From assembly GCF_009914755.1 (NCBI RefSeq), contig NC_060931.1: 64,000 bases of DNA; one strand, 5' to 3'. A program made the translations under genes and the position numbers. Below are positions 34,866-47,479 of the stretch, piece after piece. This stretch comes from the human T2T-CHM13v2.0 reference genome, Homo sapiens. The first letter of the stretch is position 1; each line of letters starts with the position of its first letter. The notes under the pieces are model-generated. The model made no database searches, was not told the origin of the DNA, and saw only the letters and a program-made list of their open reading frames with translations.

Positions 34866-37800
34866 TACAAACAAACGTTAAATGTTTGTTAGCGTAGTAG
34901 CATTTACCGTAATTGTTGATTGCTTTTACAGTTCTGAGCTGATAATCTTAAAAACGCCATGATGGTTGAAACAAAAACACTTCGTGGTATTTATTTTCTG
35001 GTATTTTCTTTTTATTCATACTAACTAGAGTAGTTTCTGTTGCTGGTGAAGATTTGTTTGGGGTTCAGTAAAACTTTCAAAATCGCCTTTCAGATCTTAA
35101 GTATCTTTTAGTTATCTCCTTCTTTTTGTGTTTATGCATTTAAACATAAACTATAAAGCCAAAATGCAGTTTAAAATTAGGCACAATGTATCTACAAATA
35201 AAAGCTCATCTAGCAACCAATAAAATGGAAACTTGCAGATTCCCAGCCAGATTTTAAAAATCAGATCAAATATTTGGAAACTATGTTATTTGTTGACGCC
35301 TATAAATTTAAAAATAAGTCAAACAAATCTGCTATTCTTGCAAAGCCTAAATTTTATGAGTTCCCCATCATTATTGGAATGAGAAATTGCCATTGTAAAC
35401 TCTGTGCTAAATTTACTTTCTTTTTTGACTTTTAAAACTCACCAATATATTGCTTGTAATTTAGCTCTGACAAAAACATAAAAAAGGCTAAATTTAAGAG
35501 GCACTTCTGTTGTGTTCCTCAAAAAAATTTTTAGCCATCCAACTTTGGAAGGTAAAGATGTATTTGTCATCTACAGCTAGGCTTAAATATTATTGAAATT
35601 ATTGAAGGCTTTTGAAAGTTTCTTTGCAGTTGTTTAAAATAACAGCTTTGCCATTAATGGCAGGCAATCACAACATTCATCCAGTATTTTGATTTTTTTT
35701 TTCTTGGAGCACAAACTGAGTGAGAAAAGTAATTTTCTTTTTCACATATAGAATCTATTTTAGTTACTCTAGCAGGTTTTTGTTGTTGTTGATGACCAAT
35801 TTTCAGGTCCAAATGTTAACCTTAACAATTCACGAGGGGTGGTGGGAACTAAAGATTTTTTTTCACTCTCTAGTCCAACTTACTTCAGCACCTGCTAGTC
35901 ACTATAGGCAGCCTGACTTTTAACAGGCTCATCAGCAAATCCGTGGATGAAATGTCTTGAGGACATTCAACCACACTGAGGGGCCCAGTGATCATCAAGG
36001 ATGCTTGCAGTAGCAGCCTATTAACTTCCTTTTATCTGCTTATGAGATTAATTTGGGTTGATCAGATACTTGATTGTACTGTATTTTTCTCCCTTCCTGT
36101 ACTCTGTGGTTGATTTCTCATTAAATCCAGTGGTGACACCTCCACAAGGCTTCGAAATCTGTCTTTAACTTCCAGCTAATGGAGGAGCTTGCTGTGAATA
36201 GTACAAGCTCTTATTTTTCAGGACAGTAATAATGACTGAGGGAATAAAATCCTTTGTACCGGCTCTCCTGTCCAACCTTGAAAGATGTGTTGCTGCAGGA
36301 TCGGTGGCTCTTCAGAGTATCCCTTATTGTCAATCACGTTAACTAATCACCAGCAGAGGACTCTTGAATTTGGCAAACTTGGGATTTACTCTTTAAAAGT
36401 GCTGTTAGCTCATGGAACTTGAAGGACCTGTCATTCTTTCTGCTGACTCATTTTTTATTCCTTCATTGTGCTCTGGTATATGAGGAGGAAGGGATCTCTA
36501 TTTTGGTAGATATAATTATGTCCTTTAGTGAATTTCTGAGTGAGCAGATAAGTCTGACATTTCCTCCCACTTTGTTTCTCTCCTTGGACACCCCCCACCC
36601 CAGTTGTCACAATAGTGTTGTGGAAAGAGCACTGGGCCGGGGGTAGACCCTATTTGCTTGGCCCCTGCTCTGCCTGTGGCCAGCTGTGTGACCTCAAGCA
36701 GTCCCATAAACTTTTTAGGAGAACTTTCCAATTGTCCACTTTCCAGCACATTTATCTAAGTCATGGTTTAGAGGAAGAGAGAAGAGAGAGATAATTAAGG
36801 AAATAACTAGTATTGAGAATAAAAATATTTGTCTTAGGTTGAACATATGCAATCGCCATTTTTGTAGGCTACGTATTTTCATAGAACTTGACCAAATAGG
36901 TTCCTCTATCCACACCTCAAGGCCTAAGGACTCTAACATATGTAAGGCAAGTTCTATAGATGTGTCAGAAATTTCCCTACTCAAGTCAGATCTGGCTTGA
37001 GTCCACCTAGTGGAGGAGATGGAAATTGTTCTTAGTATTTACAACTACTTTTTCTATCTCTTCCCTTACATATTATTCTCTCTCCTCCCTGGTTAACTCC
37101 AGACCTTCAGAACCTTCATACTCTTTCCATCCTATCCATTCATCATTAGTTCATCTACCTTATTCATCTCCCTACTTGTTTCACATGTGTTTTTAATACT
37201 TACCATATTCCATGTACCACACAAGAGAAAGGAAAAAGGTGAGCTAGAGAATGGTCATAAACTCAATAACAGGCCATTCTAAATAGGTGATATGCCTTTA
37301 TGTTGCTGAAGATACTCCATTTTAACCACAGAATCATTTTATATGCTTTTTAAAAAAATGTTTGTGTTATTGTGGAATTACAGGAATAAGAAAATTACAT
37401 GGGAAAGTGGTTGATTTAGTTCAGAAATTGTACATATTGGTGAGGTTTGGAAAGACTGTTCCTTTATATACTGTGCCTTTTTGAAGAAGGTTCAAATTCC
37501 TGTCTGATTTTAGGTAGCACATGAATAATTGCCTTATTAGCTTTTCTTCTCTTTCCTGAACTAAGCCAAGTTCCAATCAAATTGTATAGTGTGCCCCAGA
37601 TGAGACGCGCCCTGGTGCACAATAGAACCATATAAATGTTGTTATCCACTTCTTTTAAATTGGAGAGCTGTAACTTTTTTGTAGCTTTGAATATTTCATT
37701 TAGAATTTATATAAAAAGTAGGGCAGAAATCGAAATATTTCTGCTTTCCATTATGTATTCGCCTCATTTTTAGAGAGATATTTAACATTTCAAACTAGTT

Positions 37801-38934
37801 AAATTTATTTTACTCTTCTTTGAGGTGAGAATGCCTTTGAGATTTCTAGTGGAATAAATGTAAAGCTCCCATGTCACTCGGCCTTCTCAGGTCCTTTCTC
37901 TCTTATTTGAACCATCTCCTGACAATAACATTTAGAACAATATCATCTACATGTAAAGCCTGTATTAAAGTAATCCCTTCTTCACTATCGATTTAGCAGC
38001 ATTAAACACTGTTCATCTGTAAAGCTGGGGCACAATCAGAAAATTATTTTTTCTAGTCCCATACTTTAGGATATGAATGTGAGCATCACAATTTGAATTA
38101 CTTGGCCTGTTTCTTTTTCATAATCACAAACTTTGGGCATAAGAGAAAGATTTTTGGATGTTGAGAAAGGGATATTGAGTGTAACTGTCATGGTTCTAAG
38201 CTATCACAGAGTAACTAATTTTTGTGGATTACCATATCAGATATCACAGAATCCATTTTACCTCCAAGAGTATAGTTAGATACATCTTTGATTTGTCAGT
38301 GAGAATAACTTTCAAGGCTTACTTAATGGGAACGTATCATTTTGATATACCGCGTCCCTTATCTTCTACTTAGCAAGAGATTATTATTTCCATATTGAAA
38401 GGATCTAATTCTATAGACAGACGCAGAATGTTTTTTGTTTGTTTCCACCTCTACAGTATGCTGGTGAGGATCATGCTGATTGCCGATTGGCAGGGGCATC
38501 CAAGGTGGTTTTCTTGTTAGGTGCACAGGAGAAGAAAGCAGACAGTCATGGATAATAGTAAGCCGACATTCGAGAACAGGATTGAAGGCAAAGTGTGGGG
38601 TCACTGTAGGAGAGAGAAAAATAACAGTTAGTTTCAAGATGAAGAAAGAAGCAAGAATAATGTCCCCTTGGGAGAAAAATACCTCCAATAAGCATATGGG
38701 AAATGAGAAAGGATTCATGAGGGGAAAGGAGGATTCTGGGAAGGGCTGGGAAGTTGGCTTGGGGAAGAAAAGGTGCCTGGTTTAGAGAAGGGTGTCAGGA
38801 TGGAGAAAGTATGACAGGGAAAAGAACTCCATTACTAAAGGGTGGATGCCATTTTAAATAATGTCAACCTCAAGGATGGTTGGCCCACTTCTGGAATGAA
38901 TAGCATCAAAGGTTTATGAGTTATTTATCCTTTC

Positions 38935-39320
38935 TTAAGGCCTCCTCATGTTAGAAAGTAGCAAACCTACTCTTCTAGATGCTCAGGCCCATAACCTTGG
39001 AGTTATCTTTGAACCCGTTCAGTCTCCCAGACTCCATATCCACTGATTTCCAGTTCTTTCTTATTGGCTCTACTAGGGAAAATATATCTAGACCCACGAC
39101 TATTTCTCACCACCTCCATTGCTACCTCCCTGGTCCAAAGCTCTATTCTCTCTGTCAGATTATTACAGTAGCCTCTGACTTGTTGGCCCAGTTCTTGGCT
39201 TGGGCCTTTGTTTCCATATAGACTATTCTCAACACTTTAGTGGAGAGTCACACCTCTCAAAGGGATACACGCCTCACCCACAGTGAAAGCTCCAGTCCTC
39301 ACTATCTCTCATGAAGCCCA
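38935..39320 (+). mobile_element. L2 fragment
   Basis: gctcaggcccataaccttggagttatctttga...ttctcaccacctccattgctacctccctggtccaa...gattattacagtagcctctgac. Confidence 0.7.
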
Positions 39321-39607
39321 AAGTCAGGGCTTCTCACCTGGGGGCACATTAGAATCCTCAGGGGATTTTTATAGACATGCTGATGTCTAGGCTTTAACAA
39401 ATTTGAATCCCTGGAAGTGGAGCCTAGAGGCATTGTATCTTTTAAAAGCTCCCATGTCCTAAGTTTTGGGGATCAACAATGAATAAGACCTAGTTCCAAG
39501 TCTTAAGCTTTTGACACCTGACCAGGGACACCCACCCTGGTAACTGTAATAGTCTTTGGTGAGTACCAAGAAGAACAAATTGCTGGGGAATCTCAGGAAA
39601 AGTCAGG

Positions 39608-39978
39608 TGTCTTAGTCTGTTTGGGCTGCTGTAACAAAAACACCATAGACCACTTGACTTTAACAACATACAGTTATTCTCACAGTTGTGGAGCTTGGGA
39701 AGTCAAAGATCAAGGTGCTGACAGATTCAGAGCCTAGGAAGGACCTGCTTCCTGGCTTATGGTTGTTTTGTTTTTTTTTTTTTTCACTTTGTCCTCATAT
39801 GACTGAAGGGGTGAGGGAGTTCTATGGGATCTTTTTTATAAGAGCACTAACCTCATTCATAAGTCTCAGCTCTCATTACCCAATCAGCTTCCAAAAGCCC
39901 CACGTCCAAATACAATCACACTGGGGATGAAGCTTCAACATATGAATGCTGGGGGCACATAGACATTCAATCTATATC
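39608..39978 (-). mobile_element. MLT1A-like ERVL-MaLR solo LTR
   Basis: tgtcttagtctgtttgggctgctgtaacaaaa...ttattctcacagtt...gggaagtcaaagatcaaggtgctgacagattca...ttcaacatatgaa...acattcaatctat. Confidence 0.85.
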
Positions 39979-40124
39979 TCCAAAACTACACAAAGTGGAG
40001 GGGAGTCAAAGAAGTGGCATTTTTCTGGACTTTGAAGGATGAGGAAGGCTTTCCCTGAGAGAGGAGAGAAAGTGCAGTCAAGATGACCTCATTTATTATG
40101 GCTACAAAATGCTAGTAGGAACCA

Positions 40125-40310
40125 TGCTGATGTGATTATAGAAGAAGCTTTCAAATTAGGCAAACCCCGGTTCAATTTCTTGGCAAATTACTTCACCTCT
40201 TAGTGTCTCAATTTTCCTGTCTCTGAAATGGAGATAATCATAGTACCAGTCTCATAGGGATGTAAGAATTATCAACTGTCTTTGGCATATTGTAGGTACT
40301 TCATAATGTT
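40125..40310 (+). mobile_element. MIR fragment
   Basis: ttggcaaattacttcacctcttagtgtctcaattttcctgtctctgaaatggagataat. Confidence 0.7.
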
Positions 40311-40404
40311 AACTTTCTACAATAGCTAATTAGGCATTTCTCTCAAAGAAAAGTAAAGGAAATAGCTTTTAAATGGCTTATGGTTTTTCTTGGGTGCTGT
40401 ATAC

Positions 40405-40570
40405 CCTTGCTACTCACAATGTGGTCCTCACACCAGCACGGGCAGCAGTTGGCAGAAATTGCAATGCCTCACTCAGGGCCCATTGCGGAACTACTGAACA
40501 GAATCTGCATTCTAATAAGATTTATCCCCCAGATGATTTGTGTGCACATTAAATTTGAGAAGCATTATTG
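40405..40570. mobile_element. MER5A/B
   Basis: gctactcacaatgtggtcc...ctactgaacagaatctgcattctaataagat...gcacattaaatttgagaagca. Confidence 0.75.
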
Positions 40571-41329
40571 TAGAGCATAAAAAGGTGAGCAAGAAATAGC
40601 TCTTGCCTTTGTGGTGCTTAGAGGTCCCTTTAATAACTTTAGCATTTACAGAAATAATTATAATGCAGGGTATAATGTGATAAATGACATGAGACGTCCT
40701 CACCAAATACTAAAATACAGCAGATTGTTTTAAGCTCCAGTTGAAAATAGTATAAAGTTCCTTTTCTCTCTAATAAGGTATGAAAGTTCTTAAAGTTATA
40801 ATAAGCCCCCTTCCCTTTCTGCCATCCTTCAATTGCTGTAAACCATAGAGCTTATTGAATATCTAAGCAGAGAGCTACATCTGTTTATGCACATTGGGAA
40901 CAATTGACCAACAAGTACGAGTTGAATCCGTTGCCTGAAATAAAAGGCACAAGAAGTACTAGAAGTTAATAAAAAAAGACCCAATAGTTTTGTCTATGAG
41001 ATGAAGTAGACTATCTAGAGAAAGATCAAGGTTAAGATAAGCATGTGAATATAAATATTAGTTTCCTTAATTTTTGATGCTCAGCGCTTTTCAAAAGAAA
41101 ACCCTATTTTTTAAATATAACAGCAATGAATAAAACAAAAAGAAGTCTTCAATTTCCCCGGTTGACATTATGATCAAAATATCAATTTAATAATTATCCT
41201 CCTTTTAATAGGACTGATTTCATCTTGTCAAGTTTACCATTACAAGTTACTAGAACAGCCAGAGTAAAGCAATTTGAGTTCCATATAGTCACCACAATGT
41301 AATTATTATTTTTGAAATTAATTTTGCCG

Positions 41330-41445
41330 TTTTCTTTTTGTTTAAGAAATGAGGTCTTACTGTGTTGCCCAGGCTGGTATCAAACTCCAGTGATCAAGTG
41401 GTCCTCCTACCTCAGCCTCCCAAACAGGTGGGATTACAGACACAC
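41330..41445 (-). mobile_element. FLAM (Alu monomer)
   Basis: gaggtcttactgtgttgcccaggctggtatcaaactcc...tcctcctacctcagcctcccaaa...gggattacag. Confidence 0.8.
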
Positions 41446-41567
41446 AAAATTTTCAAGTTTGGGGATATTTAACTTCAGTTCGTGGTAAAAATCACATGGT
41501 CTAGTGTAATCTAAGCAAAAAAAAATAATAAAATAAGTGTTTCTGTCACTGGCTGTAAATAATGGTA

Positions 41568-41849
41568 CAGTCATGTGATAGACCATATATATGATTATAA
41601 TATCATGTTTTTAAAGTACCTTTTCTATGTTTAAATACATAAATACTTATACCTGTGTAACAGTTGCCTCCAGTATTCAGAACAGTAACATGCTCTACAG
41701 GTCTGTAGCCTAGGAACAATAGGCTATACCAGATAGCCAAGTTATACCATCTAGGTTTGTGTAAGTGCACTCTGTGATGTCCACATGAAGATATTGCCTG
41801 ACAATCCATTTCTTAGAATGTATCTCTGTTGTTAAGCCACACATCACTG
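41568..41849 (-). mobile_element. Tigger3a/MER7-like Tc/mariner MITE, internally deleted
   Basis: ta-cagtcatg...catcactg-ta termini with TA TSDs; body gtagcctaggaacaataggctatacc...ccatctaggtttgtgtaagt. Confidence 0.88.
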
Positions 41850-43230
41850 TATTTAACCAAAGTGAACACATTCTGCTGGGTTTTGTTCTTGATACACGTG
41901 TGTAAAATTATCACTTTTCAGGTGATACATTAGACCAATGATATTCTGACACAGCAGAAATGAAATTATTCATAGCAAATTACATTTAATATTTTCTGTT
42001 TTTAATAAATGTAAAGATCTGTTATTGTCTTATTTCAAGTTTCATTTTTGCTGGCAAAAGGTTTTGGCCTTTACTTTCAAGAACTTAACTTAAAGTGAAA
42101 TTCCCTACATTCTTCAAATAAGGTATGCTTGAATAAAAGCATCTAAAAGAAAGTGTTTTTTTATAAATGACAACATACTTAGGAATTTTTACAATTTGTT
42201 TGGGGCAAAAATTGTTTGAAAGAAGTAGATGTTGGATAACACATATTCAGAAATATTTATATTATTTTCTTGGTTATTTTATGCTATTGGAGTAGATGCT
42301 TCACTTCTCTATAGGAATTACCAATTCTCAATTCCTCTTCACCACTTATATATTTTTGATTTTGTCCCAAATAGCCAAACATGCTGCCATAACTTCTGAG
42401 CTCAGAATGAAGGATCTGATTAGGAAAAGCAACATGTTAACAGTGTACATGCTCCATCTATAACTGTGATGAATGTATACTTTGGATTTATCATCACTTT
42501 TAAATTATTGAGATTTTTAAAAACTCTATTAGTGCTAGCTAAGACTTGTTTACTGCATGGGCTATGTTGTTTTGGTGCACATCTATCTTTGTAAGCTATT
42601 TCTTTCTAGAAGCTATTTCTTTCTACCTTTTGTACAGGGTAGAAACTTTGCAGAAATCCGAGGTCTTCAGAGTTAGAATTCAGGGGAGAACTGATGATGG
42701 GTAGTCTATTGATGGGTTAAGTCCTGAAGGTTATTCAGGTAAACATGAACCTTTCCCCTGAATACCTTATTTTCTGTCATTTCATCATTATGATTTTGGA
42801 TGCCTCATTACATCTGTAAAAGCAATTAAGAGTTGAAGGAATTCTTTTTTTATAGTTCCTGTCTGCTGATGACCCATTAATGTCCATATAGATATATTAT
42901 AAAATATTTATAAATGAATACTTACATTGATTTTTATTTGAGCTGGTTTTACATTTGACTTATTATTTATTGGACTATTTAATTTAGTAAGGAAACACCT
43001 CTTTTTCATTTTTAATTAGTGCATGGAAGGCTTATAAGATTAAAAATAGTTGTGTTTAGGGAAATAAGCTTATTTCTTATGATGAGCAGTTACCTACTAT
43101 AGATTATATTTAATCTGGTAACTAAAATATTATTATTTTTTAGTTTACATATCAGAACCTAGATATAATGGCCAGAAGATGTAATGCTATAATATAGTTA
43201 ATTTGCAGTAATAATCACATTTTCAGTAAA

Positions 43231-43313
43231 TATTTGTTAGAACTATATGAAATTGCTGATAATTGATCATTTCTGACCTACAGATATGACAGCTGCATAG
43301 ATTCAACCTACTA
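43231..43313. mobile_element. MADE2-like mariner MITE
   Basis: gaactatatgaaattgctgataattgatcatttctgacctaca...gattcaaccta. Confidence 0.65.
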
Positions 43314-44390
43314 TGAAAAGCCAAAACATGGAATATTACACTAATTAAACGGTTACACAACAGAACATGGAATGTGCGACACTTCATCTTGGGATGCAAA
43401 TTTTTGTGCTAAAAAAAACTGAGAAAAACAAAAAGAAAAACATGTATTTCTGAGGAACTTGTTTTTATATCTGGCATAAATGAGAAAAAGCTAATTAAAA
43501 CTATTAATTATCAGAAAATTGAAGATAAAGTTGAAGAGCCTATACCAACCAAAGTTGAATAAATGGCAAAATATAATATAGATGAGTTACTCTGAAATAA
43601 TTTTTTATTTCCTACTATCTAACTTACCAAACTTCCTGATTTTAATTACATAACAATTTTTTGGTTATTTTAATATTCATTTGGTACTTATTTCCTTTTT
43701 TATTGTTATAGTATTAGATGAAATCATAACATCAATTTGCTCCTTTGTAAAAGAGGATGTTGAGTTAGAAGTGTTCTAAGGTGGCTTTCAGCAATAGGCT
43801 GCCATACCAATTGGAAAAATCTAGCATGGTATAAAAGAATATTTAAGCAGTAATTATGACTGGAAAACATCAGAGTGGAAATGAAGTATGGCTGAGAAAC
43901 CTTTTTGCTTTTAGCTTTTTTTGGAGTTCATTACAATAAAATGAAATTATAGAAACTTAACCCATGAGTATTTTTCTCTTTGAACTTTAGTTCCTATTGA
44001 AATTGGAGAGGAAACTACACAGTAATCTAAGGGTGATCACAGGAGATGTCAGCTGCCTTCCAGGGCTTTTTGCAACGTGGAATTGCCTTTACTCGTTTAT
44101 TGAAGAGTGCCCGTTATGTGTTGGGGCTGGACTCACAGTTTCTAGGGTGTAGATCTTAGCCATGGAGATCCAGACACTTACGGGGTTAGGATATTGGGAG
44201 TAGAGCTCTTATGCAGGGACAGGCTTGCATTAACCAAACTCACCAGATATTAGTGTATAACCAAAATGCAAATTTATTGGTTTACAATAAGAATTCTTTG
44301 CACTAAGTAATTTAGAATACACACGTAAACCCACTCTGTGCTAACTAACTGAAAGTCACTTTATAGGGAAAATCAAATTATAATTAGAAG

Positions 44391-45298
44391 ATCATGTAAT
44401 TTTTATCCTCATTTTGTGAATATGGTGTTCACATTTACTGATTGCAGATATTGAACCATCCTTTCATGTTTGGGATAAATCCCACTTGATCATGGTGAGG
44501 TGTCCTTTTAATGTGCTTTTGAATTCAGTTTGCTAGTATTTTGTTGAGGACTTTTTGCATCTATGTTCATCAGGAATATTGGCCTGTAGTTTATTTATTT
44601 ATTATTCTTGTAGTGTCCTTGTCCGGCTCTGGTATCATGGTAATGATGGCCTTGTAAAATTAGTTTGGAAGTATTTCCTCCTCTTCAATTTTTTAATATA
44701 GTTTGAGAAGGATTGGTATTAGGTCTTCTTTAAATGTTTGGTAGAATTTGTCAGTGAAGTCATTAGGTCCTGGACTTTTCTTTGATAGGAAATATTTTAT
44801 TACTGAATCAGTCTCCTTACTCATTATTGATCTGTTCAGATTTTCTTTTTCTTCCTGGTTCAGTCTTGGTAGGTTCCATGTTTGTAGTTCATTTGTTTCT
44901 TCTAGGTTATCCTACTTGTTGGTATATAATAGTTTATAATAGTCTCTTCTGATCCTTTGTATTTTTGTGGTATCAGTTGTAACATCTCCTTTTTCATTTC
45001 TGATTTTGTTTGGGTCTTCTTTTTTTCTTTGTTAGTGTAGCTAAAGTTTTGTTCATTTTTATCAAAGGGTACAAAATTTTAGAGTGGAGGAATCAGTTTT
45101 AATGTATGTATTTTATATTTCAAAATTATTGGAGAATAGATTTTTAACGTTCTCACCACAAAATATGGTAAGTTGGTGAGTTGATAGGTATGTTAATTAA
45201 CTTGATGCATCTTTCTACAATGTATAACATAAATCAAAATAACATATTGTACTCCATAAATATACAATTATTATTTGTCAGTTAAAATAAATATGTAA
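44391..45298 (+). mobile_element. 5'-inverted L1MA-type element: antisense ORF2 piece (44391 to about 45060) plus sense 3' end (about 45064-45298)
   Basis: Antisense ORF2 (gggataaatcccacttgatcatgg; gaattcagtttgctagtattttgttgagga) followed by an L1MA 3'UTR (aaagggtacaaa; ttctcaccacaaaa; ataaatatacaattattatttgtca). TSD aaattata(a/c)ttagaag at 44375-44390 and 45299-45314. Confidence 0.85.
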
Positions 45299-45352
45299 AA
45301 ATTATACTTAGAAGGCCACTTTGGTAAGTGTCGGCTTAAGAGTGAATGGAAT

Positions 45353-45402
45353 AATTGTCGATTAGTAAACAAAAGAAATGTCATCTCTCCAAAAAAAAAA
45401 AA
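45353..45402 (+). pseudogene. Ultra-short poly(A)-tailed retrocopy or orphan transduction of unknown source
   Basis: 38-nt unique insert containing AGTAAA, then an A-tract, flanked by TSD aa(g/c)agtgaatggaat at 45338-45352 and 45403-45417. Confidence 0.75.
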
Positions 45403-45810
45403 AACAGTGAATGGAATGAACTGTATAATTCAATGTTTGATGATACTGGTCTCTGATATTCTGTGCTCTCTGATTCACAAAAGTGATGTGCCTGTCAGGG
45501 GATCAGATTGCTCAAGAACATGGGCCAGAGTATAATTCCTGTTGATGGCACTTGGATCCAGATTATGTCTTTTGAAGCCTTCTGTTTCTTTCCTCCATTT
45601 CACATTACACTCTCCTTGCTGCCTTTTATGCATTTTATGTAGGCTTACTAACCCAGCTCTCTAGCTTAGTGCCTGGCCCCCAGAAGTACTGAAGAAATGT
45701 TTAACTACCGTTTAGCTAGCCACAACATTCTTACTAGTTTTGCTTTGGGAATAGTGTATATTTTACTTCTAAGGTACTTTGGGTCTATTTTATTGCTGCA
45801 TTCTAAGGCT

Positions 45811-45842
45811 TGTGTGTATGTGTGTGTGTGTGTGTGTGTGTG
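45811..45842. repeat. (TG)3TA(TG)12 microsatellite
   Basis: Seen directly. Confidence 0.9.
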
Positions 45843-47442
45843 TTCCATGTGTGTGAGAATAATGGGAAGGTATGATACCCACCTCTCATACCTTGATGCT
45901 TTGGGAAAATAAAAATTTTCTGATTATATTATTTTGCAGATGTTCTAGTTATACTTATCAATCTTTTCTGCTTGCCAAATGAAGATTTAGATTGTGAAGA
46001 TTCTTTTCAGAGACATAGGTTCAAAACTAAATGAAACCCAGGGCATCTGTAATTCTTCACACTTTAGTGAAGCTCTGTGATAATAGTGAGTAGATGTGTG
46101 GTGTGGGGACACTTGGGGTGGTATTTCAGACACTTAGATATTTGCCGGAAATCTGAAACTTGTTAGTTCACATTTAGTTTTCACTAAATGGATTATATTT
46201 TTCTCCTAAAACTGCTATTCCACTATTAAAATTAATGGACATACAAGATACCTTGTCTGTAAATAGAACAGATATTTTTAATATTTTGTCACAGTCCCCC
46301 AAAGCATTAGTCTGTAATGTTGACTAATGGGTTGAAAAGATATTAACTTCAGAAAAACCAAAGAGAATTAATCTCTTAGAATACTTCTGAAACCACCAAC
46401 TTCTGTTTTTGATTTTATATTTCTATACCTCAGGAGGGAAAAAAAAAACAACCAAAAACTATTTCCCCTCTACTCCCTCCCTGTTTTCTAAAAATAAGTC
46501 ACTTTTGGTTTGTTACCTTATAACACATGCCAAAATTTATCCCAGAGTGAATTTTTGTAGCCAACTTAGAACCCCAAAATAGAAACTGCTGACAGTTCCT
46601 TAAATACAGTAACACTGGCAGGTGCCTTGGTAATAAATTCACAAGCTTAGAATCTACAAAACAATAAAGTTATGCAAATTGGAGCATGTAGGAAGAATAA
46701 TCTGAAACAAATGGCAGAACAGTAAGTTTAGCATTGTGGCATCCTGGTTTTACTAACACAAGGCAAATAACCCTGAGGAGAATCAGGGAAATTTTAGATC
46801 AAGGAGGATTACACAGACATACAGTAATACATGAATACAATTTGAGTTGACCAATTAATAACTGGTTTCTCTGTTATCACAACCATAAACAGAGATGGGA
46901 AACTGATCATAGGTTTTGCATTTGATAGGTACAACTATCAAGAGGTAAATGGAAAATAACAAGACACCTAACTTGAAGTGATCACATGTGCAGAGCCTCT
47001 TAGCTTTTGTTTTAATTGTTCCTTCAGCATCATTCCCATCAGTCATATTCAGATTAGTTGTTTAATTTTAGCCAATCAGGCATGTAATACATTTGTGAAT
47101 TTCATTTATTTTAAATGTCTTTGCCTTTGCCTAATTATCTTTTACTTTTGTTATTAATCTCTGATATGGCATAATGAAAAATCGTGTTTTTTAATGAAAA
47201 GAAAAGATGTGTTCAGTTAACATATTTTCAGGAAATACATATTTTCAGTTAAAATTAGAATAGCTCTAATAATATCAGACAAAAATGTAGCTGAGGAATA
47301 TAGCACTACCTTTTATTAGTTGTGTAGTAAAATGTAACTTTTTGACCCTGTAGTATCGCTTGCAGAATGTAACAGAAATGTTTAACTTTTCTTGTTTTTG
47401 TTTTCATCAACCTCAAGTTACTCCCAAAGAAGTTCAAAATGT

Positions 47443-47479
47443 ATCCCAGAACTTAAAGTATAATAAAAAAATTTTAAAA
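47443..47479 (+). mobile_element. Ultra-short L1PA 3'-terminal insertion (about 23-27 nt plus tail)
   Basis: (atgt)atcccagaacttaaagtataata plus A-rich tail; TSD aaagaagt(t/a)caaaatgt at 47426-47442 and 47480-47496. Confidence 0.85.
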
